A DNA stretch of 64,000 nucleotides, from positions 1,240,001-1,304,000 of the forward strand of contig OZ251237.1 in the NCBI GenBank assembly GCA_965240325.2. The letters are read 5' to 3'. This stretch comes from Rebecca billardiae RCC1528 (lineage: Eukaryota > Protista > Haptophyta). Below, one piece after another: positions 31,191 to 43,900 of this stretch (positions are counted from its first letter, which is position 1; every line of letters starts with the position of its first letter). Below the pieces are notes generated by a model, which saw only the letters and a program-made list of their open reading frames with translations, was not told where the DNA came from and ran no database searches. A program made the position numbers and the translations under genes.

Positions 31191-33329
31191 ATGATGGCGG
31201 ATGGCCGCCTCGCGGTGGACATTCGGAGTGTCACCGCCATCAGCCTGTGGAACACGGGCAGCAGCGAGTCGGCCGATGGGCTGCGCGCTTCGCTGATCCG
31301 CCCGACCGACGAGCTCGCCCTGCTCGACGTCGCTCTCGAGCGGCAGCACGCATGCGCGCCGGCGTGCGTGCACGCCGCTCGGCTGGACTGGAGGAGCGCT
31401 CCTCCCGCCGCGCGCACGTGTGAGGCTGTGGTGGTGCGTGTGGGTCGGCGCGACATGAGCACCGCGCCCACAGAGTCGCACTGGCTCGTCGACGACGAGC
31501 TCGTGCTCTCACGCCTCGTGCGCCTCGTCAACTGCCCGCGCATCTTCGAGGCGTCGCGTGCTCCGGCCGCGGCGCAGGCTGATGGCGCATGCGATGGGCC
31601 GTGTGAAGGGGGCGACCCGGAGGAGGCGCCATTCGTGCGCGTGCTGCCGCAGAATACGTTGCTCCTGCACTTGGCCGACGGCGCCGTGCTGGTCACCTAC
31701 GCCGCGACGATGGCGCTGCTTGGCGCGTGCGCCATCGCCCCGGTCGCTGCTGCATCGCCCGCGCTGCTCGAGCAGCTGGGCATCAGCCAACGCGCAGCCA
31801 ACGGGAGCAGCGCCGCGCACGGGCCAAGCCTGTCCTCCTCGGACACAGCGGCTGCGCTCGACTTCTCCGGATCGAGCCCCGACGCCGCCTCGTCCTCCTC
31901 CTCCTCCTCCTCCTCCACAGCGCTCGCGCGCACGGCCCCGTCTGCGCCCGCGCCGCCCAGCTGCTGCGCAAAGGGCGGCGGTGCGGCCGTCTCGGGGCCG
32001 GCCTCGTGGTGTCAGCATGCTCGCGCTCGGCAAGCGGTGGACCTCGCGTCGGCTGCCGCGGCGCGCGGCACGGCGGCAGGCCCGCCGGGCGCGCACGCCG
32101 ACGTCCCCGCGATGGCGACGGCCCTCGCGCGCGCGCGTGAGCTCGCAGAGCGGCTGGCTGCGCACGAGGCAGCCGGCGGGCGGCTGAGGGCAGGCCTGCG
32201 CAGCATCGCGCGGCGGAGGGAGGGGACGCGCGCGCTCGAGGCCGAGCTGGTGAGCCGGCAGCGCGGCGTGGCCGAGCGGCGTGCGGAGCTGCGCGTGGCC
32301 GAGGCGAGCCTGCAGGCCGCACGGCACGCGCTCGACGACGAGCGCGCCGAGCTCGTGCGCCGCCGAAGCGAGCTCGGCGCGGCCGCGCGCGCACTGCAGG
32401 GCGTCCCGGCGGCAGGCGGTGGCGCCGGCGGCGACGGGCCCGCGGGCAACGACGACGCGACGCGCGTCTCGGCCGATGCGGGGGCTGGCGAGGGCAGCCT
32501 CGCCCAGACTAGCGGCGCGGCGCTGCGCGCGAACGCGGTCGCGACCCTTAGGCTCGTGCGGCTGCGGCAGTCGGCACTGCTGCAGGCGCTGCGAAGCATT
32601 TTCGTGATCCGGCCGGTGACCCTCTCGCCCGAGCGCCCCGAGAGCGGGCGCAGGGCGTTCGCCGCGTCCCCCGAGCGGGGATCGGCGTGGGCGTCGGCGA
32701 CGGAGGGCGTGCTCGGCGGGATGGGCGGCATGCTCGGCGGCGGGGCGGCGGGGCGCAAGCCGCCGCTGCTCCCGACGCCCAAGTTCGGCGGCAGCAGTCC
32801 GGTGGGATCGCCGCGCGGCGCGAGGGGCGTGCACGACCGGCCGCGCCGCCGGCGGGTGCACTACACCATCAACGAGCTGCGCGCGTGCTCGGCGGATGTG
32901 GACGTGGCCGGGACGCACGACGAGGAGGTCGCCGCCGCCCTGGGGCTCGTCACGCTCGCGGTGCGCACGGCGGCGCGCGTGCTCGCGCTCACTCTCCGAC
33001 ACCCCCCGCTGCCGTGCGGCTCGCGATCGCACATTGCCGCCGACGCGCGCGCCGGGCCCGCTGGCAGCCTCGACGCTCCCGCCGCCCACGCCGAGGGCCG
33101 CGCGGCGGGCGCCGCCGATGGCACGCGGCTGCCGCTGTACGCGCGCGGCGCCGACCCCGCCGCCTACGCCCGCGCCAAGCTCCTGCTCGTGCAGAGCGTG
33201 CGCCAGCTCCTCGCAGCCATCGGCGCCGCGCCGCTCGACGGGCCGCCGAGTGACGAGGAGCTGCTGCCAGAGCTGGAACGCTTCTTCGCCAGCGCAAAGA
33301 CGGCGCTCACGGGCGCCCTCCGGCATTGA
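31191..33329 (+). CDS. UVRAG/VPS38 (ATG14-family) PI3K complex subunit-like protein
   Basis: Long coiled coil followed by DEEVAAALG...LRHP..PCGSRSHI...LPLY...LLVQSVRQL, which resembles the BARA2-type C-terminal region. Confidence 0.65.
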   Translation: MMADGRLAVDIRSVTAISLWNTGSSESADGLRASLIRPTDELALLDVALERQHACAPACVHAARLDWRSAPPAARTCEAVVVRVGRRDMSTAPTESHWLVDDELVLSRLVRLVNCPRIFEASRAPAAAQADGACDGPCEGGDPEEAPFVRVLPQNTLLLHLADGAVLVTYAATMALLGACAIAPVAAASPALLEQLGISQRAANGSSAAHGPSLSSSDTAAALDFSGSSPDAASSSSSSSSSTALARTAPSAPAPPSCCAKGGGAAVSGPASWCQHARARQAVDLASAAAARGTAAGPPGAHADVPAMATALARARELAERLAAHEAAGGRLRAGLRSIARRREGTRALEAELVSRQRGVAERRAELRVAEASLQAARHALDDERAELVRRRSELGAAARALQGVPAAGGGAGGDGPAGNDDATRVSADAGAGEGSLAQTSGAALRANAVATLRLVRLRQSALLQALRSIFVIRPVTLSPERPESGRRAFAASPERGSAWASATEGVLGGMGGMLGGGAAGRKPPLLPTPKFGGSSPVGSPRGARGVHDRPRRRRVHYTINELRACSADVDVAGTHDEEVAAALGLVTLAVRTAARVLALTLRHPPLPCGSRSHIAADARAGPAGSLDAPAAHAEGRAAGAADGTRLPLYARGADPAAYARAKLLLVQSVRQLLAAIGAAPLDGPPSDEELLPELERFFASAKTALTGALRH

Positions 33330-33629
33330 CCCGCCTGCGCTCTGGCTGCTGCGATTGATGATCCCAGCGCGCTGATGCCCGTCAGATGGTGATCCGAAGG
33401 CTGATGTTCGGGCTCGGGGGGGTGATGCCCCTTTGCCCCGGCTCGGGCTCGGGCTTGAGTGCCTGGACCCACTGCCCGAGTGCCACTAGGTCCACGCGGT
33501 TTGGGGGCCCCGTGGACGCCGGCGACGCCAAACGTCACTCCGCCACTCAGAGTGAGAGTCCGACGGACGCCGCCGCGAGTGAACTATACGAGCCACCGCT
33601 GCGACCACCGCAGGTTTTTAAATAATATA

Positions 33630-34640
33630 TTAAAACTCTGCCCTGGCGGGCGGGGGGGTCGGCGGGCCGTGCCAGTGCTGTCGCAATATTTCCCCAGCGG
33701 GTTCGCGCCTTTTATTTATAGCGGTTTGACGGGCAGGATGACTACGAATAACAATGCGACATACCGAGATGATTGTGAGCTCGCGGCGCAAGTCGACGAC
33801 CCCCTGCGCCCAGTGGTTGCCGTTCTGGTTGATGACGAAGGAGAGCACGTCGTACTCGTTCAGGTCGAAGAGCGCAAAGATGTCGGCCACCTTCTCCCAC
33901 GCGTACACGCCCGCACCCATGAGCAAGGTCCACACCCACGAGGGAACGTGCAGCACGCGGGGCGGGGCGGGCAGCCCGTTGCTCCGCGCGAGCTCGCGTA
34001 CGCGCTGCATGTGCCGCATCTCGACCGCGATGACGTAGTCGAGAGCCTCGCCGCCAACGAATCCGCCAGAGGAGATCGTGAGCATCTCCTCCTGCCGCCA
34101 GCTGAGATCGTGTGTCGCGAGGATGCCAATGTCCGCTCCAGGCACGATGGGCTCGGCGAAGGTCGCGTCGGCGTCGTGCACGGCCGCCACGCTGCGCAAC
34201 AGCGCGTCCAGGTCCAAGCGCTCGTCGGCGCTCGCCGCTCCGCGCGACAGGTCCGGCACTCGCACGTTCGGCGGTATCAGGAGCTGTTGGCGGTGTACGC
34301 GCGCGCAGTGCGAGAGCGTGTGCCACTCGCGATCGACGGTGGGCACGCGCTGCTCGAGCAAACACATGAAGCGCAGCGCATGTGCCACTGGCTTCACGAC
34401 GTCGGCCTCGTCCCGCAGCGCCCGTGCCATGGGCGAGGATGGGGCGACGATGTTGCACGCTCGACGTTTCATCTCGTCGCGGATGCGCGTCTGGGATCGG
34501 CGATAGCGCGTTGTCGCCTCAGTCGCCGACTCGCGAAGACGCGGTTCCTGCCACGGCGGCAGACCCGACAGGTGCGTGCGGTGCGCGTCGTACGCCGCTT
34601 CGCGCTGCCCCTCCGTCGCATTGGCCACCGTCGACGCCAT
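33630..34640 (-). pseudogene. truncated Ulp1/C48 SUMO-protease-like fragment, probably TE-derived
   Basis: FDLNEYDVLSFVINQNGNHWAQGVVDLR (catalytic His region), then a GTATGT donor at 33764; no downstream D-S or QxNxxDCG exon before the convergent UVRAG-like gene. Confidence 0.55.
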
Positions 34641-37600
34641 GCAGGCCGGACGTGGGTCCTCGAGCGCCGAGCGATCTTTGGCCGCGAGCTCGCGAGCGTG
34701 AAAGATGAAAGATGATCGCTCGCTCTGGAACACCACCGACCGTAGCAAACGGATTTGCATGCGCCCGACCTTGCCAACCGGGGCACGCGACGACAGTCCG
34801 GTGTGTGCATTCCGGTTATGGTGTTCAGAAGGCCGCGCCAAATCTTGCGTCGCGTGCGATGGCGCTTCCCGCCCGCGAGACACCTCGTGATGAGGGCCTC
34901 TCCGCACCGAACTCGACGCGCGGCGGTGGATCGCGCGAGGTGGTTGTCGAGCGCAGCGCTTGATGCTATGGCCCGTGCGAGCGCTCGACGTGCAAGTCGG
35001 GCGAGGACCGCCCCAGGTCGCACGATCGTGTCGACGCGCCGAGCGTGCCTCCAAACGCGTCGACTTTGGCCCCCGTTCGACCTGCACGCGAGACGACGAG
35101 GGCAGCAATCGCGAATCGGGCGAAAACACCGTTCGGGAGTCTTCTCGCGATGTCCGCGCCGGCGTTGGATTTGGCGCGCGCCGCCCACGCGCTCCGCGCC
35201 AGGCGCCAGATGGTTTTCGGCCGAGCGTCCCCAGTGGGAGCTGCGAGGGCGCCCGGTAGTGAGCGAAGCGACCCGGCAGTGAGCGAGGCGATTTTCTTTT
35301 CTCTGCGAGGCGATTTTCTTTTTCCTTTTTCTTTTTCTTATCTTTTTCCCGGGCACTACAAGGGGCGGACCTACGGCCCGCCATATAAGTACCGTGCATG
35401 ACGACAAGTAGCAGTGCACGACGACCAAGCAGCGCCGACTAGTAGTATACCACAGTACTCTTGATGATTGATAGATGACCGCGTTCCGCGGCCCTTTTCT
35501 GCATATAGAATCAACGCAGTTGGGGGCCCGCGGTGGCCGTGCAATCGCGGCTCTCCGCCGTAGTGGCAGTTCGCCAGTTGAAGTCGGTTCTGAGATGACT
35601 GAAGCTATTAGTCCGACCGTCGCCCTGCCTGCGCGACCGCGAGACTCATTCACACTTCACACATGCAATCACAGCAGCGGATCTGAGACCGCACCCGGCA
35701 CCGGTCGTCAAATCGGACGTCCGTCTGACAAGTAGCTGCCAAATGTCCAACTGGCTGATCAGCTCGGATCCGACCCGTCCGCGATCGTGCCATCGGCATC
35801 GGAATTACTACTAGTAGCTGCCAAACTGTGTCCAACTCTGGCTTCGATCAGCTCGGATCCGACCCGTCCGCGATCGTGCCGAGTGAGTCGTGCCGCGGAG
35901 CTCGGAGTACTGAAGGAGTCGGGTGTGACAGCAGGGTGCTTTAGCGCTGCGGCCCGTGCCAGCCAACGACCAGACGTACTCTAGCCACTTGACCCGTTGC
36001 ACGGGTGAGTGACCGTACGCCCTGCCTAGTGCCTACCGCGCGCGCCGCGCGACCGGCGACTCGGGGTGATGGAGAGCGGATGGCGACAGCAGCAGCAGTC
36101 CTCATGAAGACGATGAAACTGGCGGCACGGGTGCACGAGGTGGCAGGCGAAAGCGCGCCGACGAGACCGCATTTGACACACCTGAGCCGCACGCGCGTGC
36201 CGTCGCTGAGCGGCGAGCGCTGCAAACGCGCAACCGTACCGCGCGGGCCACGACGGCGCGGCACTAGCTGATGCAGGCCGTACTGCCGGTACTGCTTCTG
36301 CGATCATGCGCCACGGTCGCAGCTGACTGCGTGAGCAGCAAGCGGGAGGCGGGTCCGGAGGCACGTGCAGGCGCCGTCCCGCATATCCGCCATCGCCCAT
36401 CGTGCCGGGGCACGTCACCTCCGACGATCCGGATGTGGCCCAGTCCGGACGTCACGCGATCCGGGAAGACGAGTACGATCCGCTCGTAACGAACCGTTAC
36501 ACTAATGTCACGTCCAGCTGACGTCCAGATCGCACTTTATTACTTAAGGGAATCAGCTGGGCGCGCTCTTTTTCGGCCTAATAGACCTCTCTATGCGATC
36601 TCAAAAACTCGAAATTCGGTCTCCGCCAGCCCTAAAAATCGCCCCCCGTCCCTTTTTTTCCGCCGCCCCCCGTCCCTTTTTTCTTGATCAAAGATCTTTT
36701 TGAAACGTGGTTCGGGCCCGCTGGTGCGGGCTCCACGCTGCGCGCTCCGCCCTGCACCGCGGGCAATGATATGCTCTTCGCTCGATCGCCTACTCGATCC
36801 GAGCGGCCAGCCAGCGCCGTTGACGCATCAGCCGGTCACGGTGGTCGGCACCTGCCTGGTCGATCACTCGATCAAGGCCCAATCATTATATTCCAATCAA
36901 TGATGTCTGAGTCTGATTGACAAGGACCCGTGGAGTCACGACTCACGAGTGAGTCAGTGAGTCACGTGAGTCGTGACTCACTCGGTTATTACACGGACCC
37001 GATTGGCCGATACGGACACGGTGACGTGACGCCGGGACAGGGTACACGATGACTCACGACTACGAGGTCGTTCCGAGACCGAGCAGTGACTCGCCGACGA
37101 CTGTCGTGACTCGCCGATCACTCGTTCACGCCGCGCCCGCGGTCGCCCGGCCCAGTCGGGGCAGTGAGTGAGGCAGTCGGCGGGCCGCAGTCTGACCGTA
37201 CAGACTAGCCGCGGAGCCGACCAGTTAACTACCGAGCTGCGCCTGCGTCACTTGCGCACTAGTACGACAACTACGATATAGTGTCGTGAACACAGCTTTC
37301 GAAATCACAGATCGAGAGACTGAGAGTGAGAGTCTGAGTGAGAGCAGCGCGGACCGGAATCAGTAAATTAGTACTGTAATGTAAATAATATATATATATA
37401 TATATATATGCTGCCAAAATTGTAGCTGCTGAAGGACCGCTAAGGCAGCCAGCAGGCGCATCAGCCATCATCAGGCATCACTGCCATGCTGTGTCAGCTG
37501 CGTGCGCGGCCCGCGCGACGCCGAGCGGACTCGGACCGTCGCGGGACTCGCGGGGTACTGGCGACTCCTGCTCCGAGTCACGAGTCGTCTCTGCTGACGG

Positions 37601-37714
37601 CCGGGTGGCGGGTTAGCTGACGGCGGGGTCCGAGGCGGCAGGAGGGCCAGTGCGCGCTGCGACTCGCCATCATCAGCCGGCCTCGCCGCGTGCTCGCGGG
37701 TGCGCGCGCGCCCG

Positions 37715-38644
37715 TCATGCGCCGCCGCCCTCGCCAATGTCGGCGACGCCGCCCTTTGCAAAGTTGTCGTACAACCGCACCAGGTTACGCTGGAGCATCG
37801 CGATGGTGACCTTGCCGATGGCAGGGACCAGCGTGCCGATCTCGGAGGTCTTCTCCTTCTCGAAGTTGCACATCGGCGCGAAGTTGATCGCGATCACGCC
37901 CGGCTGCAGCGCCTCTGTCGGCACCTTGAACGCTTCGGAGGGCACGCCAGACACGACGATCTGCGACTGGCGCAGCGCCTCGTCGCGCGTCACGTCGGTC
38001 TCGGCGACCTTGATGGTGCCGGGCACCTTGCCGGCCTGGTACACGAGCACGCCGGTGACGTCCACCGAGTACACCACCGCGCCATCGTTCGCCAGCATCG
38101 CGGCGAGCGGCCGGCCGACGATCTCGGAGCGGTTGATCACCGTCGCCACCTTGCCCTGCAGCTGCTTGCCGACCGGCAGCGCGCGGTCGTACGCGCCGAG
38201 GTGCTCGATGATCTTGATGCACGCGAGCGGCGTGCAGGGGACGATGCACCGCTTCCCGGGCTCGATGAAGCGCTCGTTGTGGTACAGCGCGAAGCGGTAC
38301 CGATAGTTCATCCCCTCGACATCCTTCTTGATGGAGACGATATTCTGAATGTAGTCGTCCATCTGGCCGCCGAAGACGGGGTAGTAGATGAGGATGCCGT
38401 GGACGCTCGGGTCCTCGTTCGCATCAATCACCACCTCCTCCAGGTCGAGCCGTGCGCACTCGCGCAGCTCGTACTCGATGCCGACGCGCTCGCAGGCCTT
38501 GCGCGTCCACGTGGCGTACATCCGCGCCTCCTTGTCATCGTTGGCGAGGATGCCGACGAGCTTGGCCTTCGTGCCGCTGCTGACCGCCTGCTTGATCTCA
38601 TTGTCGAACGACTCCGCCACCTTCGAGGCCTGCACGATAGGCAT
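37715..38644 (-). CDS. MTD1: NAD-dependent methylenetetrahydrofolate dehydrogenase (yeast Mtd1-type)
   Basis: KLVGILAN, HGILIYYPVFG, KDVEG..LYHN, PCTPLA, INRSEIVGRPLAAMLANDGA, PAIGKVTIAML. Confidence 0.9.
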   Translation of the reverse strand: MPIVQASKVAESFDNEIKQAVSSGTKAKLVGILANDDKEARMYATWTRKACERVGIEYELRECARLDLEEVVIDANEDPSVHGILIYYPVFGGQMDDYIQNIVSIKKDVEGMNYRYRFALYHNERFIEPGKRCIVPCTPLACIKIIEHLGAYDRALPVGKQLQGKVATVINRSEIVGRPLAAMLANDGAVVYSVDVTGVLVYQAGKVPGTIKVAETDVTRDEALRQSQIVVSGVPSEAFKVPTEALQPGVIAINFAPMCNFEKEKTSEIGTLVPAIGKVTIAMLQRNLVRLYDNFAKGGVADIGEGGGA

Positions 38645-39020
38645 GGCTCCCCCACGTGCTCGGGCGCGACCCGTCCACGGCGCGGTCCAAGCTGCGCGCG
38701 GCCTTCGGGCGAACGTGTCGTCCGAGTCGGCAAGCTTTTGACGCAGGCTCAGGCTGAGGAATTCGTCAGGTGAAGGGCTGGAGGTCAAGCCATCGTCCGC
38801 GGACATCGTCTGTTACGCGGTCTCGACCAATCATAGCAGCCGTCTGGAAGGCGTGATAATGATCGGCTGAGAAAGTCGCGTCCAAACGGCCGCGCGCGAG
38901 CTTGTGCGCACGACAGCGCGCTCAGCGATGTGCTGATCGCCAATCGGACGGCTGTCGGCTCGCGACGTCGCCGCCGCGCGCACGAACCACGCGCCGGAGC
39001 CATCGCCCCTGCCACCCGGC

Positions 39021-39980
39021 ATGACGACGGCGGAACCGCTGCCACCGCACCGCATTGCCGTGCGCGCGCGAATGCTTGCCGGCGAGGCACTTGTAGCTGC
39101 AGGTGCTTCGCTGCGCGAGAACGGGTTCGTGCTTCTCGAGGCTGCAGCGGACGAGCCTGCTCTCGTCGACGCAGCGCTGTGCGACGCATGCGCGCATGCG
39201 GCGGTCGCCGAGTGCCAGCGCCTGCTCACGGCCGTCCGCGAGCGCTTTTCAGTGGATACATCCGAGTGCCGTTTCCATTTTGCGGAGATCTGCCACAGGC
39301 TCGCGGGCGGGCGGCGCTACGACCTGCGCGTCGACCTGCCTCAGCGTGATACCGGCAACTGCACCTCGGCGCCGCCGCCCGTGTGCTGGGAACGCCTGCG
39401 CGACGAGGTCTCCACGCTCGCGCTGACGCTCATCGGGGCCTCAAGCCTGTTTGCGTGCGAGCCGTCTGATGTGCGCGTGGACATGCAGGGGTGCGTCATC
39501 TCTTTTCCGGGCGCGTGCGCTCAGCAGTTTCACCCCGACGGCCCCTCGCCGGGCATCCTCAACTGCTTTGTCCCGCTTGTCGACTGCGATGGCGCGAATG
39601 GCTCGACTGAGCTGCAGCCGACCACGCACAACGCGTTCGACGAGCGCGCACTCGAGGCGGCATCGCGCGAGACAGGGGTGGCCGCAGACATGCGCAAGGG
39701 TAGTATCCTGCTCTTTGACTTTCGCACGCGCCACCGCGGCCGCGCGCACCTGCACAGCGACGCACCACGCCCAGTCGCGTACGTCCTCTTCGCGGCACCC
39801 GGCGTGGCCGACAGCCACAACTTCCCGCAGCGCTCAGTGTGGGATGGAGCCGTGGCGGGAGACGGCGACGAGCGCGGAAGCGACGAGCTCGATGCGCTTC
39901 CACGGCTGCCCCCGCACGTGGCAGCGGCCTTGGCCCGTCCGCCGCCGATGCTGCTGCGCGAAGAGCAGCCCAAATGCTGA
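39021..39980 (+). CDS. PhyH-like Fe(II)/2OG dioxygenase
   Basis: QQFHPDG (HxD), NCFVPLVD..NGSTE, GSILLFDFRTRHRG. Confidence 0.8.
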   Translation: MTTAEPLPPHRIAVRARMLAGEALVAAGASLRENGFVLLEAAADEPALVDAALCDACAHAAVAECQRLLTAVRERFSVDTSECRFHFAEICHRLAGGRRYDLRVDLPQRDTGNCTSAPPPVCWERLRDEVSTLALTLIGASSLFACEPSDVRVDMQGCVISFPGACAQQFHPDGPSPGILNCFVPLVDCDGANGSTELQPTTHNAFDERALEAASRETGVAADMRKGSILLFDFRTRHRGRAHLHSDAPRPVAYVLFAAPGVADSHNFPQRSVWDGAVAGDGDERGSDELDALPRLPPHVAAALARPPPMLLREEQPKC

Positions 39981-40335
39981 CTCATTCAATATGATTTAAC
40001 GACACAGGTAGGACGACGCGGGTCTCCTGATTCGTCGGCGGCAGTGCCCGATCGTCGACACGAAGTCGGCGTTGGTGGCAGAGCATAGCCTGCACCGCGA
40101 TCGTAAAGCTTGAGCGCGGCCTTGAGCTGCTGAAGCGCGATCCACCTGCGCTGCGCGGCTCGCATGCGGACCTGCTGTGCCCCGAGCAAGGGCGAAAGTG
40201 CAGGTCCGGATGTCAGCTGGCAGTCTCAGCCGCGGGTAGCAGCTGGTCGTACCTGCCCCGTGCTCCCCGGGCGGTCGCGTACGCGCTTGCTGCTCGAGCC
40301 AGCTGGCTGGCTGGCGGCGGCTGGCGCTGCGGCGT
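39980..40335 (-). mobile_element. 5'-truncated copy of the dispersed element at ~50210-50580
   Basis: The reverse complement aligns to 50211-50580 with high identity and shares the end CCTACCTGTGTCGTTAAATCAT..GAATGAGT. Confidence 0.8.
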
Positions 40336-40939
40336 CGTCCAGCTAGCTACGATTATCCGCCGGCAAATGATGTCGCGCGCATTATTACGAAAAAACGACC
40401 GGCTGGCCAAGATTGCGCGTGATGATTGAGCCGATGGGCATGTTCCAACGTCCGTCATCAGCTCTCAGTGGCGGTCCAAGGCGTCTTGCTCTGCCTCCTC
40501 CTGTGTATCCTGCCGGAACCTGGAACATGTTGTCCTTGCCTTGCCCAGCAGCTAATGACTATGATTACCCAGATGGTTCAAGCACGTCCTTGTCAAACTG
40601 TGGCACGCTTGCACAATACCTATCATTCATCGACGGTTTCATGTACCCGCTATGGTCACACTCCGTTGATCAAGCTCAAGTGGGTATGGTTCTTTCGATA
40701 CACATCGAATACCAGGTGAGTAGATCGAGCTTCATCAAGGTCACCAGGCGCAAGCAGGCGGGTGCCGCAGCAGGTTCGTTTCGGCCACCACTGCGCCGCC
40801 CACAGCGGACGAGGGAGGGCTGCTTTTGCACCGCCCCCGATTGGCCTAGCCCGCAGGGAAGCGGGTCGAGGCCGGTGCGTGCGCGGACGGGCGCGCGCTG
40901 GTGGGCGTGAGAGGCGCGTGTATCGAGCAGCCTCTCGAG

Positions 40940-43900
40940 ATGTCCCGCCGAACAACCTCATGCGCCCTCGGCGCTGTGGCGCTCCTCCTGATGGCGGTCT
41001 GCTGCGCGCCGGCGGGAGCGGAGTCCCACGACGACGCCGTCTACGTGCGCTTCGACGATATGGCCGACGACGCGACGGCACCGGCGCGCGATGGATCGGA
41101 ATCCAGACTCGAGCGAGCGGTCGAGTTCTGGAAGGAGCACGAGCAGGGCGAGACGAACGTCTTCGTCTTCTCGGAGGGCGTGCAATGGGCCCAGTACAAA
41201 TCGACGGCCGGGGAGTGCAGGGGGGACTACTTCTTCCCGCTGTTCAACTCGGAGACGCTGCTGCACCCCGGGATCCGCGCCGTGCTGTACGTTCTCGCGC
41301 TCATCTACTCCTTCATCGGCGTGAGCATCATCGCCGACATCTTCATGAGCTCCATTGAGGTGATCACCTCGACGCAGCGCACCGTCATCATTGACGGAGA
41401 GAACATCACCGTGCGCGCGCGGCGCGGCGCGCGCGGCGCGGCGCGCGCGGCGCGGCGCGCGGGCGCGGGCGAGGCGCGGGCCGAGCGAGCGTGGGCGCAC
41501 GGGGCGTGAGGTGGTTGGGGTGCGTTCACGTGGGGGTGCCGACGCGGGGGCGGCCGAGGATCGGCCGCGCGCGCCTGCCCGCCAGGCGGGGCGGGTGTGC
41601 GGGCGTGCTTCTGGGCCAGCCGGGTCTGCCGCGGCTGGGCACACGAGGCGCGTGATGGAGAGCGCGGCGTGTGGGCGGCGTGTGGACGGTTGAGCGGTCT
41701 GCCGGGCGAAGAGTCCGGCGGACCACGCTCGGCTGCCGTCTCGCTGCCCACGTCACGCCCCCCCATCCGACGCCCCTCTCGCTCACTCGAACGCGCCGCC
41801 CCCTCGGCGGTCTGCCGCGCGCTCCCTGCCCCGCGGCTGCGCGCGACTGTCTGCCGCCGCCCGCCGCGCGCAGGTTCACGTGTGGAACGACACGGTGGCG
41901 AACCTGACGCTCATGGCGCTCGGATCGTCGGCGCCGGAGATCCTGCTCGCTGTGGTCGAGGCCACCTGGCAGCTGGGTACGGCGCGCACAGCCCGCCGCA
42001 GCGCGCGCGCGCGTGCGTGTGCGGGGCTCGGCGTGTGCGGCCGGAGGGTTCGCTGCGCCGCCGCTGGGTGGGGCGCCACTGCGCTGGCGCTGGCCGCCGC
42101 GTCCCGGTGGCGATTGCCTGCACGGCGGCCACGGGAGCGTGAGCCTACGCCGCGTGCACGCCTGCAAGCCGCGGTGCCCGCATGGCAGGGCGCGCGGCAC
42201 GCGAGGTCGGCCGGTGCCCTGGCGCGCTGAGCACTGGCTGTTGCGCTCTGCGCGTGGCGCTATGTGTCTGGGCTTCGCGAGCGCAGAGCCGGGCGCGCAC
42301 GCCGTGCTGACGCGGCGGTGCGGCGCGGCCGAGCTCTGCTGCGCGGGGCGGCGGTGCTGACCGCCGTGCGCGCGCGCGCCCTCCCGCCCGCCGCGGCGCG
42401 CGCAGGCTCGGAGCCCGTGCGCGGGAAGGGCCTCGGCCCGGGCACCATTGTGGGCTCGGCCGCCTTCAACCTGCTCTTCATCATCGGCGTGTGCATCACC
42501 GTCATCCCGGACGGCGAGGTGCGGCGGATCGAGCAGCTGCCCGTCTTCCTGGTGACCGCGTTCTTCTCGGTGTTCGCGTACGTCTGGATGCTCATCACGC
42601 TCGTCTGGTGGACCCCTGAGGTGCGGCGCGCGCCACGCGCCCGCCCGCGCCCGCGCCGCGTGCCACCGCGGCTGCGCCGCGGCCAGTGCCCCGTGTGGCG
42701 CGCGCGCGCGCCGCGGCGGCGCGGGCGCGAGGCGCAGCCTCCCCGGCGAAGGCTCGGCTGCTCACACCCCGGCGCGTCGCCGCGCGCGCGCAGGAGGTCA
42801 CCCTCGCCGAGGCGCTCCTCACCTTCGCCTTCTTCCCCGTGCTGGTCGGGCTTGCGTTCGTGGCGGACGTGAAGAGCCGTGCGGACAACGCTGCCGACGA
42901 CAACAAGGTCGTCCCCGAGGAGCGGATCGTGAAGATGGACTACCGCGCGGAGGGGGTCGCTGCCGCGGAGGACGGGGGCAGCGGCACGCAGCGCTCGCTC
43001 CGCGGCTCCGCCAACAACTCGGACGCCAAGTCGGACCAGGCGCGCACGGCGCGGCCGTCGGCGACGTACACCGTCAACAAGCGGGACCTCGCTGTCATGC
43101 TGGCGGAGGAGCGCGAGCGCAGACGCGAGGCCAACGCGGGCGGGCGGAAGAGCTCGTCGCCGCACCAGCAGGAGCGGTACTCGAACGCTTTCAAGGCGTA
43201 CGGCCGCGCGACCAACAAGGGCGGCAAGGACCGCGTGCCCTACTCGCGCTACCGCATCCAGGGCATCCGCGACATGACGCACGGCAAGAAGGTGCTGGTC
43301 ACAGACGAGGACGTGGAGCGGATCGCGCGCGCGCAGTTCGAGCAGCTGCAGATGGCCTCGACGGCGGAGGGCGCGGGGAACAACGAGACGATCACGGACG
43401 ACGACGAGGAGGAGCTCCCGCGCGTCTCCTTCTCCTCGCGCTCGTACACCTGCCCCGAGTCCGCCGGCGAGATTGAGATCACGGTGATCCGAGATGGCAA
43501 TCTGGACACGACGACGCGCGTCAAGTTCGAGACGTCCGCCGGCACCGCGTCGCCCGGGCAGGACTACGTGCACACGCACGGCACGCTGACGTTCGCGCCG
43601 GGCGACGTGGAGCAGAAGTTCAAGGTGACCGTCATCGACGACGACACGTGGGAGCCCGACGAGCTCTTCTTCGTCCACCTCCGGCCGGCGGGCGCGATCG
43701 CGCGCTCTGCGTCTCTCGTGCCGAACGCGGTCGAGGGCGGCGTCGAGGACAAGGGCGCGCGCAGCGTGAACGACTCGTTCCGCGCGGGGTGCGCGCGCCG
43801 CGCGCCGCGCACCGCGCGTGCTGCGCCGCGGCGCCACCCTCCGCGCGTGCGCGCCGCCCTGCGCGCCTCGTGACTCACCGCGCCGCTCGCCGCGCGCCGC

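Noticed and set aside
35354-35566. Second CACTA element starting CACTACAAG
   Set aside because: Only a 6-bp partner and no TSD.
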